DNA of 64,000 nucleotides from positions 132,992,001-133,056,000 of the forward strand of contig NC_086097.1 in NCBI RefSeq assembly GCF_963921235.1, read 5' to 3'. The position numbers and the translations under genes were made by a program. Below are positions 1 to 10,607 of this stretch, piece after piece (the stretch's first letter is position 1; every line of letters starts with the position of its first letter). The notes under the pieces were generated by a model. That model had not been told where the DNA came from. It made no database searches and worked only from the letters and a program-made list of their open reading frames with translations. Source of the DNA: Mobula hypostoma. Its lineage: Eukaryota.

Positions 1-1190
1 CTACCCTAGGAAAAATACTGTTTCCATATACCTTATTTATGCCTCTCATAATTTTAAACAATTCTGTAAGGTTGCCTTTCATTCTCCAATCTTCTAAGGA
101 ATAAACATCCACCCCGACCAACCTTTCCCTATAACTCAGGCCTTCTAGTCCTAGCAACACCCTCATAAATTCTTTATGCATTCTTTCAAAGGTCTAAAGG
201 TTCGTTTATTATCAAAGTATACAACTCCAAAATTCTTCAATTCTCTGAGTAGCCATGAATCCAAGAAAGAAATGAAAGGCAATATGATCATCAACCCACA
301 AACCTCACCTCCCTGCAAAAAAAAAATGAACAAAATCGGAACAGGCACATCATCATCCAAGCCCCTCCTCCTGCACAAAAACTGAGCAAAATAGATCAGG
401 CACATCAACACCCAAATCCCTCCTCTTGCACAAAAAAAAATGAACAAAACAGATCAGGTACATCGACACCCAAATCTCTCTCCCACACAAAGGCAAACAA
501 AATGGATCAGGCACGTCAACCTTCAAAATTCCCCTCCTTGCACAAAAAGGCGAGAAGATCGGGCAAAAAAACACAAAATATAAAAACTATAAGACTGAAA
601 AACAAAGAGTCTATAATCCAAGTCCACATCTAAAACGCAGAAAAAAACCTGGGCACCACTCTTCAGGCCCAGCAGCAACCTCTCCCTTCTCTGGTACAGA
701 GCAACTGATCAAAAGGCAAGCAGCCAGCACTCAACCTTTGCGCTTCCTTCGATGCTTCAAACTCCCTCATCACTTTAATCAGCAAACAATGGAAGCTTTA
801 ATCGGCAAAATAGAGCCAAACATCAACTTGCACCCATCCCGCAGCCTGCCTGCTACAAGGTTCGTGCTTGCTACCTCAGCCGCTCAGTGACTGCAGAGCG
901 CTGGAGCATCCAACAACCTCCAATCTTCAGTACTCGCCTTGATGTTTCAGACACCCTCATCACATTACATGGTGAACAATGGAAGCTATAATCAGCAAAA
1001 TGGAGTCAAACATTGGCTTTCCAGTATAACCACATCTTTCCTATAAAACTATACACAGTTCACCAACTGTGACATCACCAATAAATTCTCCAACTGCAAC
1101 ATAATGGTCCAGCTGCTTTCTTCAATGCCCTGACTGATGAAGACCAGCCTGCTAAATACCCTTTTCACCACCCTATCTACATATGACACC
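1..1190 (-). mobile_element. Old CR1 fragment (1-188 and ~1017-1190) split by an ~830-bp insertion with internal tandem repeats
   Basis: CR1 antisense text ...gcattCTTTCa resumes as CTTTCcagtataaccacatctttcctat at ~1017. The insert starts with an antisense LINE-like tail. Confidence 0.6.
285..550. repeat. ~60-bp minisatellite, about 4 diverged copies
   Basis: Repeating unit like gatcaggcacatcaacacccaaatccctcctcttgcacaaaaaaaatgaacaaaa. Confidence 0.7.
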
Positions 1191-2630
1191 GATGGTGGGT
1201 TTTAGCTACTGACAGCCTGTACAGCCTATAGAACCTTTAATCTCTTGCAACACCTCATTTTTTGTCTGTAGTACTGTATTTTATGAGCAATAATAATAAT
1301 TCCAAATAATAACCTCAAATTTCCTGTTTCAGATGTTGTGGCGACTCCCTCAATGAGCCCTTTTGTGGGCTAGCATGGAGGAAACTGGTGTCTTCCAGTC
1401 CAGGAGCAGACCGAATAAGATTGGCCCATAAACTGAGAGCAAAAATGCCTTCAATTCTTCAGTTTTGTGTTTTAATTTGCATCAAAAAAACTGCATTGTG
1501 CATGATTTGACGTCACCATCTGCAGACATGCAACATATGGGGATTCAGGCTAAAGATATATAAATATGCTACCCAGGCAGACTTTAGCCACGAACATTGT
1601 CAGGACCGTGGGAAAGAACATTTATAACAATGTTGGGCTATTATGAAGCTGTTAGTGTTTCAACTGGATCATAGCTGATCTGTACCTACCACCTCTGATT
1701 CGGTAATTATTTATATCTTTACCTATTAAAAGTCTATGAATTTCAGTTATGAAGTTTTAAGTGGCCTAATTGCATGATTTTTAGATAAATTTGCTCACAT
1801 ATATTATACTGCACAAAAGAAATTCCTCTCTCATAGATTCTAGAGTTGAAAGTAATAATGAATATTTTGCCATAGTTTATGACATTTATCAATAATTCTT
1901 CTGAATCCATTTGAAGTAACAAAGCCTTTACATCGGACATTGTGCATTGGCCTGTTAGCACCATGCCAACATAATCTGTAACCAAGGAAACATCACTATT
2001 CACTATTGCTTGATACCTGCATCATATCCACTGCTCTGTGCATCCATCAACAGCATTTCTTCAGGAAATCAAAGGTGGTATCTACCCAAGTGACAGATAA
2101 AGTAACATAAAATATAAATTAACCACAGGAAACAGACCAGTAGACAAGATTCTGGGTTGCCAAACCAATTTGTTACAGATGCTGGAACCTGAAGCAGAAA
2201 GCAAGGAGCTAGACAAATTCAAAAGGTCAAACAGTGTCTGTGAATGCAAAGGGTCATCAACATTTGGGGTTGAAATGTTGAATCATAACTGGGTTAACAG
2301 AAACTGGGAGGGGAGAGGTTCTTTCCAACACATGAACCCCCTTCACCACAGCCCACAGTTATGAAATTTCTTTGCTTTCTCTCATCTGGTTTAATCTGCC
2401 AATCACCCCCATACTCTTATCCATTAAGTTCCCCCAGCCCCAAGCAATATTTGATTCCAGATACACATTCCTGCAATCATGTTAGCGTACAGATGAAGGA
2501 AAGATACCCAAAGCACAGTTAAAAGTTGGGAGATGGGGATGCACAAGGAACTGCAGGCGCTGGAATCCAGAGGAACTCATACAACATGCTGGAGAATCTC
2601 AGCAGGTCAGGCAGCATCTGTGGAAAGAAT

Positions 2631-3497
2631 GAGGGTGGAGCGAGGAAAGATGGCACCAAAGGATTCTGCAGACCCAGGCGACTTCTTCCAGTTTGTCCAC
2701 AAAACAGCTTATTTCTCTTCTCTTATGTCTTTCATTTCTTTTCAAGGTGGTTGTCATTCTGTCAGAGTCTGTGATCTACAGTTCTTCACAAGTGATGGGT
2801 TTCCAGACCAAATGTGCAGCCTCGTGCTTCGCTGTCTCTAGGAACAGTCTGGAAGACATGTGCCCTTAGGGCAGGGAGGTCAGCAGCTGGGTAGTGGCCC
2901 TGTCGGCAACCTGGTCATTCACCAGTTTTGCCAACTGAATCATCGAGACTGGAACATCAAGACAGCAGGCAGTGTGTTTGCTAATCACCAGTTGCTATTG
3001 GAGGAAAGTCCCTGTACTCGAGCGATCCCTTCTCTCTTTCTTTCAATAGAGAGATCGAGCCTGCTGGTCCCTGAGACAGGGGGCTTGGAGGTGCAACGCA
3101 AAAGATTGTAACATCGGAGTGGCAAGTTGCTGGTCCCCACTCTCGTTGTTACGGGAGCAACCTCTCTCTCTCTTGCCTGTCTGAGATACTGAAGGGCTGG
3201 TTTGTGAACTGCAGTTTGATGGACTCTTTGGTGCTTCTGTTGCTGCCGTGCATGGTGATGGGGTTGGGAGGGAGTCTAGGGTGGTCGGTTCTTCTGCTAG
3301 CGTGACTGGAGGTAAAGGGAGGGATTGATACTTTTGCAGTTGCTTGGGCAAAGTGGGGGGGGGCTTCGGGATTTCGATGTTTCTATCATTCTATGGGGTT
3401 TCTTTATTTCATGGACTTTTGTGAGAGGATGAATTTCAGGTTGCGTACTGTAAACATACTCTGATATTAAATGTACTTTAAAACTTTGAAACTTTGA
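2631..3497 (+). mobile_element. Non-coding insertion with AAGATGGC head and (ACTTTGAA)n tail, splitting the Penelope pLTR
   Basis: pLTR sequence gcagcatctgtggaaagaat stops at 2630 and resumes as ggaataaacagtca at ~3499. The insert ends attaaatgtactttaaaactttgaaactttgaa. Confidence 0.6.
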
Positions 3498-4590
3498 AGG
3501 AATAAACAGTCAATACTTCGAGCCGAGGCTCTTCGTCAGTACTGGAAGGGAGAGGAGAAGAAGCCAGAAAAGGAAGGTGCGGGGAGGGGGAGGGGGAGGA
3601 GTTCAAGCTGGAAGGTGCTAGGTGAAACCAGGAAGACGGGATGAAGTGAGAAACTGGGAGATGATGGGTGAAAATGGTAAAGGGCTGAAGAAGAAGGAAT
3701 CTAATAGGAGAGGAAAATGGACCATGAGAGAAAGGAAAGGAGAAAGGGCATGAGAGAGAGACAATTGGCAGGCGAGGAGAGGGGAAAAAGAGGGAAGGGG
3801 AAGGCAGAGAAAACTACTGGAAGTTAGAGAAATCAACGTTTGTGCTGTCAGGTTGAAGGCGTTGCAGTCGAGAAGGCCATGAACTGACATGCCAAAATGG
3901 GAATGGCAATTGGAACTAAAATGATTAGCCACTAGGAAATCTTGCTTGTTACGAATGGAGCAAAGGTGCTCAGCAAAGCAGACTCCAATTTCCACCATGT
4001 CTCATCAATATAGAGGAGGACACATCAGGAGCACCAGATACAGTAAATGACTCCTACAAATTTGCAGGAAAAATGTTTCCTCACCTGAAAGGACTGTTTG
4101 GGGCCCATAAAGGAGGTGAGGGAGGAGCTGAAATGGGCAGTTATAGCACTTCTTCCACTTGCTGCCAAGTGGGGAGGAACAAATGGACGAGAGAATCTCA
4201 AAGTGAGTGATCCCTGCGGAAAGTGGAGAGTAGGAGGAGTTAAAGATGTGTTTGGTGGCAGGGTCCTGTTGAACATTGCGGAAGTTGTGGAGAATAATGT
4301 GCTGGATGCAGAGGCTCACGGGGTGGTAAGTAAGGACAAGGGGAACTGTATCCCTGTTAAGGTGGTTAGAAGATGGGGCGAGGGTGGATGTCCGGAAAAT
4401 GGAAGGAATAAGGGTGAGGGCACAGCAATGGTGGAGGAAGGGAAATTCCATTCTTTGAAGAAGGAAGATATCTCTGATGTTCTGGAAAGGAAATCCGCAT
4501 TCTGGGAACAGATGCGGTGGAGATGAAGGAACTGAGAAAAGGGAGGGGCACTGTTACAGATTGGGAAGAACTATAGTCAGGATAGCTGTG
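3498..4590 (-). mobile_element. Penelope-like element relic; terminal pLTR piece continues at ~2543-2630
   Basis: PLVLTYHP, GPKQSFQVRKHFSC, VIYCIWCS and FAEHLCS motifs on the minus strand; homologous to 33400-34640. Confidence 0.85.
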
Positions 4591-4979
4591 AGAGGCAGTA
4601 TGTTTCTTCCCTTCCACCATCCGATTTCTGAACGGATCATGAACCCATGAACACCAACTCACTTTTGCTCTCTTTTTGCACAACTTAATTATATTTTTAT
4701 ATTTCTTACTGTATCTTATAGTAATTTTTTAATGTATTGCACTATACTACTGCTACAAAACAACACATTTCACGAAATACGTCAGTGATAATAAGCCTGA
4801 TTCTGAATCTGATTCCTATACAACTCGTACCATGCCCCTGACCAGAAGAGAAAGACAGTGATTTACAGACACATCATTGATAGAGTTTTGGAGAAATTAG
4901 ATTAAATCATTAGTGATTTGAATCGTTAGGACTGGAAGACATTTTAGAATCAGAACATGATGGGAAACATCATATTCTT

Positions 4980-5600
4980 TGTTAGGGAGACTGCACTTGG
5001 AGTACTAAGAGCATTTCTGGTCACCGAACTGTAGGCAGGATGTGACTCATTTACAGAGGATGCAAAAAAAATCTCAAGGATATTGAGAGCTTGAATTGTA
5101 AGGAGAGATTAGATAGATTGGGAACTGTTTTCACTAGAGCAAAGGGTGACCTTTTAGCAGTTTCTAAAAGCATGAAGGACAGAGATAATGTCACAGTCCT
5201 TTCTTTCCCCCCAGGTAGTGGGCTCCAGGACAACAGGGCATAAATTTAAGGTGTGACAGGAAAGAGTTAAAAGGGACCTGATGGACAACTTCTTCACTTA
5301 GAGGATGGTAGGTATATAGAATGATCCTACAGAGGAAATGACAGACATGTGTACATTTACTACATTTAGAAGACATTTGGACATGTAAATTGATAGGAAA
5401 GGTTTACAGCAGGGGTTCCCAACCCGGGGTCCACAGAACCCTTACTTAATGGTATTTGTCTATGGCATACAAAAGGTAGGAACCCCTGGTTTAGAGAGAT
5501 ATAGGCTACACCTAGGCAAAACGGACTAGCTCAGGCAACTATCTTGGTTGGCATGGGTGAGTTGGATCAAAGTAACTACTTCTATGATGTAGAAGTCTAT
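4980..5600 (+). mobile_element. Old CR1 3' fragment
   Basis: Decayed 'RPHLEY..QFWSP' and 'ERLDRLGLFSLE' coding remnants plus CR1-type 3'UTR. Confidence 0.65.
5410..5488. mobile_element. 79-bp hAT (Charlie-like) MITE inserted in a CR1 3' end
   Basis: TIRs CAGGGGTTCC...GGAACCCCTG; 8-bp TSD GTTTACAG / GTTTAGAG (5402-5409, 5489-5496). Confidence 0.8.
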
Positions 5601-5929
5601 AAATCTGAAATCTAGCTGTAATGTTCTCAGCTGTTCAAACACGTGGAATTATTTTACAGCTTAGAATACATTTCCTTTCCCGCTCCTAAAATACACAATT
5701 TTAGATTACACAAATCTGAATTGCCTATGCCTGTATCTGCATAATCTGTCTCTAACTCTTGTAACCTCATGCATGTTTGTTCATATTTTATAATGCTCCC
5801 ATTTGGTATCAGCTAATCTTGGTGACAAATCTCTGAAGATATATCCTGGACACAACATATTTATGAAATTACAAAGAAGACATGCCAGCAACTATATTTC
5901 ATTAGCAATTGAGGACATTTAGTTATTTT

Positions 5930-6118
5930 ATCAAATTACGGTATTGCTTTGCACTGTTTTAACTATGTTATAATTATGTGTTTTTTGTCAGTTTTAGTCT
6001 TGGTCTGTTTTGTGTTTCTGTGATATCATACTGGAGGAAAATTGTATCATTTTTAATGCATGCATTTCTAAATGACAATAAAACGAGGACTGAGTGTCCT
6101 CATAATCTAATCTAATCT
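5930..6118 (+). mobile_element. 5'-truncated copy of the (TAATC)n-tailed element
   Basis: tcaaattacggtattgctttgcactg...gaggactg.gtgtcctcataatctaatc shared with 32402-32598. Confidence 0.75.
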
Positions 6119-6124
6119 TATCCA

Positions 6125-6622
6125 GCAAAGAGTCTAGTAAATTTTTCGTTAGTTGTACTATACTGGTTGCATCATCATCTGGTATGGAGAGGGCCACTGC
6201 ATCAGATCAGAGAAAGCTGCAGAGCTTTCTGTAAATTTACCCAACTCCATTATGGGCACGAGCTCCCTCAGCAATAAGAACATCTTTAAAAGGCGATGCC
6301 TCAGAAGGGTGGCACCCATCATTAAGGACACCCACCACGCAGAACTTGCCCTCTTCTCATTACTACACTCACAAGGAGGTATAGGAGTCTGTAGATACAG
6401 ACTCAACGTTTTAGGAGCAGCTTCTTCACTTCCACCATCATATTTCTGAACGGATCATGAACCTATGAACACCAACTCACTTTTTGCATAACTTAGTTAT
6501 ATTTTTATATTTCTTGCTGTATCTTATAGTAATTTTTTATGTATTGCACTATACTACTGCTACAAAACAACACATTTCACAAAATATGTCAGTGATAATG
6601 AGCTTGATTCTGAATCTGATTC
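6125..6622 (+). mobile_element. Rex1/Babar-like LINE 3' fragment
   Basis: TGCIIIWYG..IFKRRCLRRVAPIIKDTHH..LFSLL; (CTGATT)n tail. Confidence 0.75.
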
Positions 6623-8049
6623 TTATACAACTAGTACCATGCAAGAGTTTAAGAGGTATCAGTTGCAGGACTTCCAACAATGAGACACAGGCACGTAACA
6701 AGGCATACACTTCCAATGTGAGAAACATGTTGTTCTTTGCTTTCAGACTATTAGCTGGCCCCTTATGCATGTTGTCACTCTAGTTTCCAGAAACTGGTTA
6801 TTAATCTTCACGGTTGTAAGTGAGTTGGTACATCAAGGCTGTGCTCAAGCTGAACTTGTCAATGATTTTCCAGGATCAAAGCAGTGAAGTTAAGTCCTGT
6901 CTCTTTTAAATCCACAGCGACTACTTAATCAGCATGAAAGAGCACAATCTAATTAGGTGTTTAAGAAGATGAAAGATTTGATGGTTTCTCTCTAGCTACG
7001 TTAATTCTTCAGGGTTTCAGGGTGGGCTGGATGATGGGGAGATGAGATTTGAGTAGCAGGTGGCTGGGAGATTTTGGAGGATGTGGGCGTAATCCTGAAA
7101 TATAATACAGGAAAAAGGACGCAGGAGAGATAAAATCTAAAACCCTTCCTCACAATGAGTTGTTAGAGCTGATTCAATTGAAAATTTCAAAAACCGTGAG
7201 GCAGAGTTTTATTGAGTATGGATTTTAAAGGTTACAGATCTAAGGTAGGTAGATGTAGCTCAACCATTATCCAAATGAATCATGATCATATTTGAGGGGC
7301 CAAATAGCTTTTGTTAGAAATGTTTCATCCCATGTTGCAGCACTGTGTAATTTTATCATTATTCATCCCTGTCATTTTTTTCATATTTTTCCAGCTTCTC
7401 ACCAACAAGGAAAGACTATTACTACTGCTACTATATCTCTCTATGGAATAAGAGTTTAATTTTCACTATATCCTATTTACTTTACTCATGAGACAATTCT
7501 TTCAAATATTTAAAATAAAACTGCTATTTAATCTGAACAGTCCCTTGAGTTTGAGTCTTAATATTGGTTTCTCAGAACTAGTGAGTATAACAACCTACTT
7601 CATCGTTATTCTTGAATTAAGTCTATCAAAAATGTAATTAGATCTCTCTCTACAGAAATTGTTACTCCATCACCAAGATTTTAAATCACATACAGTCAGT
7701 GCTTATGGAATTTTATACTACATTACAAACTAATGCATATTGATAAAATGGGATGAAATTCAATGAATTTTTATTACATAAAACATAACCAACAATAGGC
7801 ACTTGTGTAATATGTCATCACCAACGTGAATTAGTCCGGAGAAGGAAACTGAACAAACAAAATCTGATATGGGGCTATTTAAGAAAGTCTGACTAGATTT
7901 TAAGTACCTTTAAGAGAAGGATGTTAGAGGGAGAATTCTAGAGCCTAAGATTTAGGAACCTTAAGACGCAGTCGCCATTACTGAGTCAATGGATATAGTA
8001 TAGGCCGGAATTGGATGAGTCCCTAGATGTTGTCAAAATAACAGCTTAC

Positions 8050-8115
8050 CTTCCTTTTAGATGATTCGGACTTCTTTGAAATATTGCGTAGTTTTTTGCG
8101 TAAATGATTCAAGAC
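8050..8115 (-). CDS. galr1: Galanin receptor type 1-like, 66-bp coding exon 2 (intracellular loop 3)
   Basis: Minus strand reads ctgctttcag|GTCTTGAAT...AAAAGGAAG|gtaagc and translates to VLNHLRKKLRNISKKSESSKRK (human GALR1 exon 2: VLNHLHKKLKNMSKKSEASKKK). Exactly 66 nt, phase 0/0, with canonical AG/GT. Too short for the ORF track. Confidence 0.95.
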
Positions 8116-8227
8116 CTGAAAGCAGTACAAGCAGCATTATAAACCAACAGGGACATCCAGAAATATCACAAGGATCTCTCAAGACAACATAAAATGAATT
8201 TATAGCAAAAATATTCGAAGTACTCAG

Positions 8228-9330
8228 GTCAAAAAGTTCAAAGTGAATTTATTATCAAAGTACATATTTGTCATCTTATACTACATTGAAATTTGTTTTC
8301 TTGCTGAAGTTTACAGAAGAATAAAGAAATGCAATATAATTTATGAAAAGCTGTAAATGACAAAGACGGCCAGGCCATCAACATGCAAAATGAGACAAAA
8401 TGTGCCAGTAATAAAAAGTAAGTAAATATCACACAGCAAGACAGTGTATCAGTTAGTACAATGCTATTATAACTTGGGGCATTGGAATTCAGAGCTCCAT
8501 CCGAGCCTCCACTGTACGTCCTCCCTGGGTTTTCTCCAGGTCCTCTGGTTTTCTCCCACAGTCCAAAGACATACCCAGCAGGTTAATTGCTCATTGTAAA
8601 TTGTCCCATGATGAGATTAATGTTAAACCAGGGTTATCACGGGTTCTGGGGTGGTGCAGCTCAAAGGGCCAGAAGGCCCTATTCCACACTGTAGCTCTAA
8701 ATAAATAAATGCTGAATTGTGGAGTCCTTGAAAGTGACTTTATAGATTGTGGAGTCAGTTCAGTGTTGCGGTGAATGACATTTTCTATGTTGGTTCAGCA
8801 GCTGATTGTTGTAGGGTAATAACTGTTCCTGAACCTATTGATATGGTACTTAAATCTTCTGTACTTCCTGCCTGATGGTAATAGTGAGAAGACAGCATTG
8901 CCTCGACAGTGGGGGTCATTGGTGATGGATGCTGCTTTCTTGTGGTAGTGCTCCTTGTAAATGTGCTCAATGATGGAGAGTGCTTTGCCTGCTTTGGACT
9001 GGGCTGTATCCACCATTTTTGCAAACTTTCCCATTCCTTGGCATTGGTGTTTCCACCACAGGTCATGATGCAACCAGTTAGGATTCTCTCCACTGTGCAC
9101 CTATAGAAGTTTGTCAAAGCTTTAGATAACATGCTGAATCGACAGAAACTTCTAAGAAAGTAGAGGTGCTATTGGGACTCCCTTGTGATGGCACTTGGGT
9201 GCTGGTTCCAGAACAGATCCAGTGATATGCGAACAGCAAGGAAACTAATGTTACTGACCCTCTCCACTTTCACTCCCCTAATGAGGACTGACCCATGGAC
9301 CTCTGGTTTCTTCCTTCTATAGTGAATAAT
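8228..9330 (-). mobile_element. Rex1/Babar-like LINE 3' fragment
   Basis: LTNFYRCTVERILTGCI; KAASITNDPH..FSLLPSGRKYR..RFRNSYYP; antisense tail aagttcaaagtgaatttatt. Confidence 0.75.
8430..8710 (+). mobile_element. V-SINE (HE1-like) copy nested in a Rex1-like fragment
   Basis: V-domain-like gggtttctccaggtcctctggttttctcccacagtccaaagacat, CR1-like 3' end gggccagaaggcc, and (TAAA)n tail. Confidence 0.7.
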
Positions 9331-9579
9331 CGATAGATCAGACAGCATATTTATCAGGATACTAACGAAGCTAATCAGGTCAATGACCTTTCATCAGAAC
9401 TGGACAATGATAGGAGATGACTTAAGATTACGGAGAATCAAGGAAGTTAATGAACTCATCCCCCCTTCTCTTGTCTTGTAACCTTAGTCATTTCTTCAAT
9501 CAGTTTATCCTACTTTTCCATGCCTACCTCTCTGTTGTGTATTTAAGATTTAAGAAATGTTTGAGTAATCTAATATACA

Positions 9580-10607
9580 CAGTGCCTATAAAAAGCATTC
9601 ACCCCCCCCCCCAGGAAGTTTTCATGTTTTATTGTTTTACAACATTGAATAACAGTGGATTTAATTTGGCTATTTGACACTGATCAACAGGAAAAAGACT
9701 CTTTCATGTCAAAGTGAAAACTAATCTCTATAAAGTGAACTGAATTAATTACAAATATAAAACACAAAATAATTGATTGCAGAAGTATTCACATCCCTTT
9801 AACATGACACTTCAAATCATCACTGGTACAGCCAATTGGTTTTAGAAGTTACATAATTAGTTAAATAGAGATCTGTTTTTGGAGACCTGGGTACATTCAA
9901 GGTGTTTCAACTGATTGTAGTAAAAATACACTTGTATCTGGAAGGTCCAACTGCTGGTGAATCAGTATCCTGGCAAAAACTACACCATGAAGACAAAAGA
10001 ACACTCCAAGCAACTCTGCGAAAAGGTGATTGAAAAGCAAAAGTCAGGAGATGGATACAAGAAAATTTCCAATTCAATCAACAAGATATGGAAATAATAT
10101 CACACATTTGTAAATCTTCCTAGAGTAGGCTGTCCTCAAAAACTGAGTGACCATACAAGAAAGGGACTAGTGGGGGAGCCACCAAGAGACCTATAACAAC
10201 TCCAGAGGAGTTACAGGCTTCAGTGGCTGAGATGGGAGAGACAGCGCATACAACAACTGTTGCCTGGGTGCTTCACCAGTCACAGCTTTATGGGAGAGTA
10301 GCAAAGAGAAAGCCACTGTTGAAAAAACGCACATGAAATCTCGGCTAGAATTTCCAGAGGGCATGTGCGGGAGTCTGAAGTCAGATGGAAGAAGGTTCTA
10401 TGGCCTGATGAAACCAAAATGAAGCTTTCTGGCCATCAGACTAAGCTCTATGTTTGGTGTAAACCAAACACAACACATTATTAAAAACACACCATCCCTA
10501 CCGTGAAGCATGGTGGTGGCTGCGTCATGCTGTGGGGATGCTTCACTGCAGCAGGCCATGGAGGGCTTGTGAAAGTAGCGGGTAAAATGAATGCAGCAAA
10601 TTACAGG
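9580..10607 (+). mobile_element. Tc1/mariner transposon, left TIR and truncated transposase pseudogene
   Basis: Starts CAGTGCCTATAAAAAG.ATTCACCCCC. ATG at 9987 gives MKTKEHSKQLCEKVIEKQKSGDGYKKIS; later WPDETK and [15 protein letters not shown]. Ends abruptly where CR1 begins; right TIR absent. Confidence 0.88.

Noticed and set aside
285..550. Regularly spaced repeats resembling a CRISPR array
   Set aside because: Eukaryotic context; whole units are homologous with no unique spacers, and there are no cas genes.
1508..1515. Perfect CRE palindrome TGACGTCA (also at 41505-41512)
   Set aside because: An 8-mer is expected about once by chance in 64 kb, and no conservation data are available.
1..8049. 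Search for galr1 exon 3 (expected to start TAQTV.., TM6-TM7)
   Set aside because: No matching translation seen; it probably lies beyond the left edge, so no pseudogene call is made.
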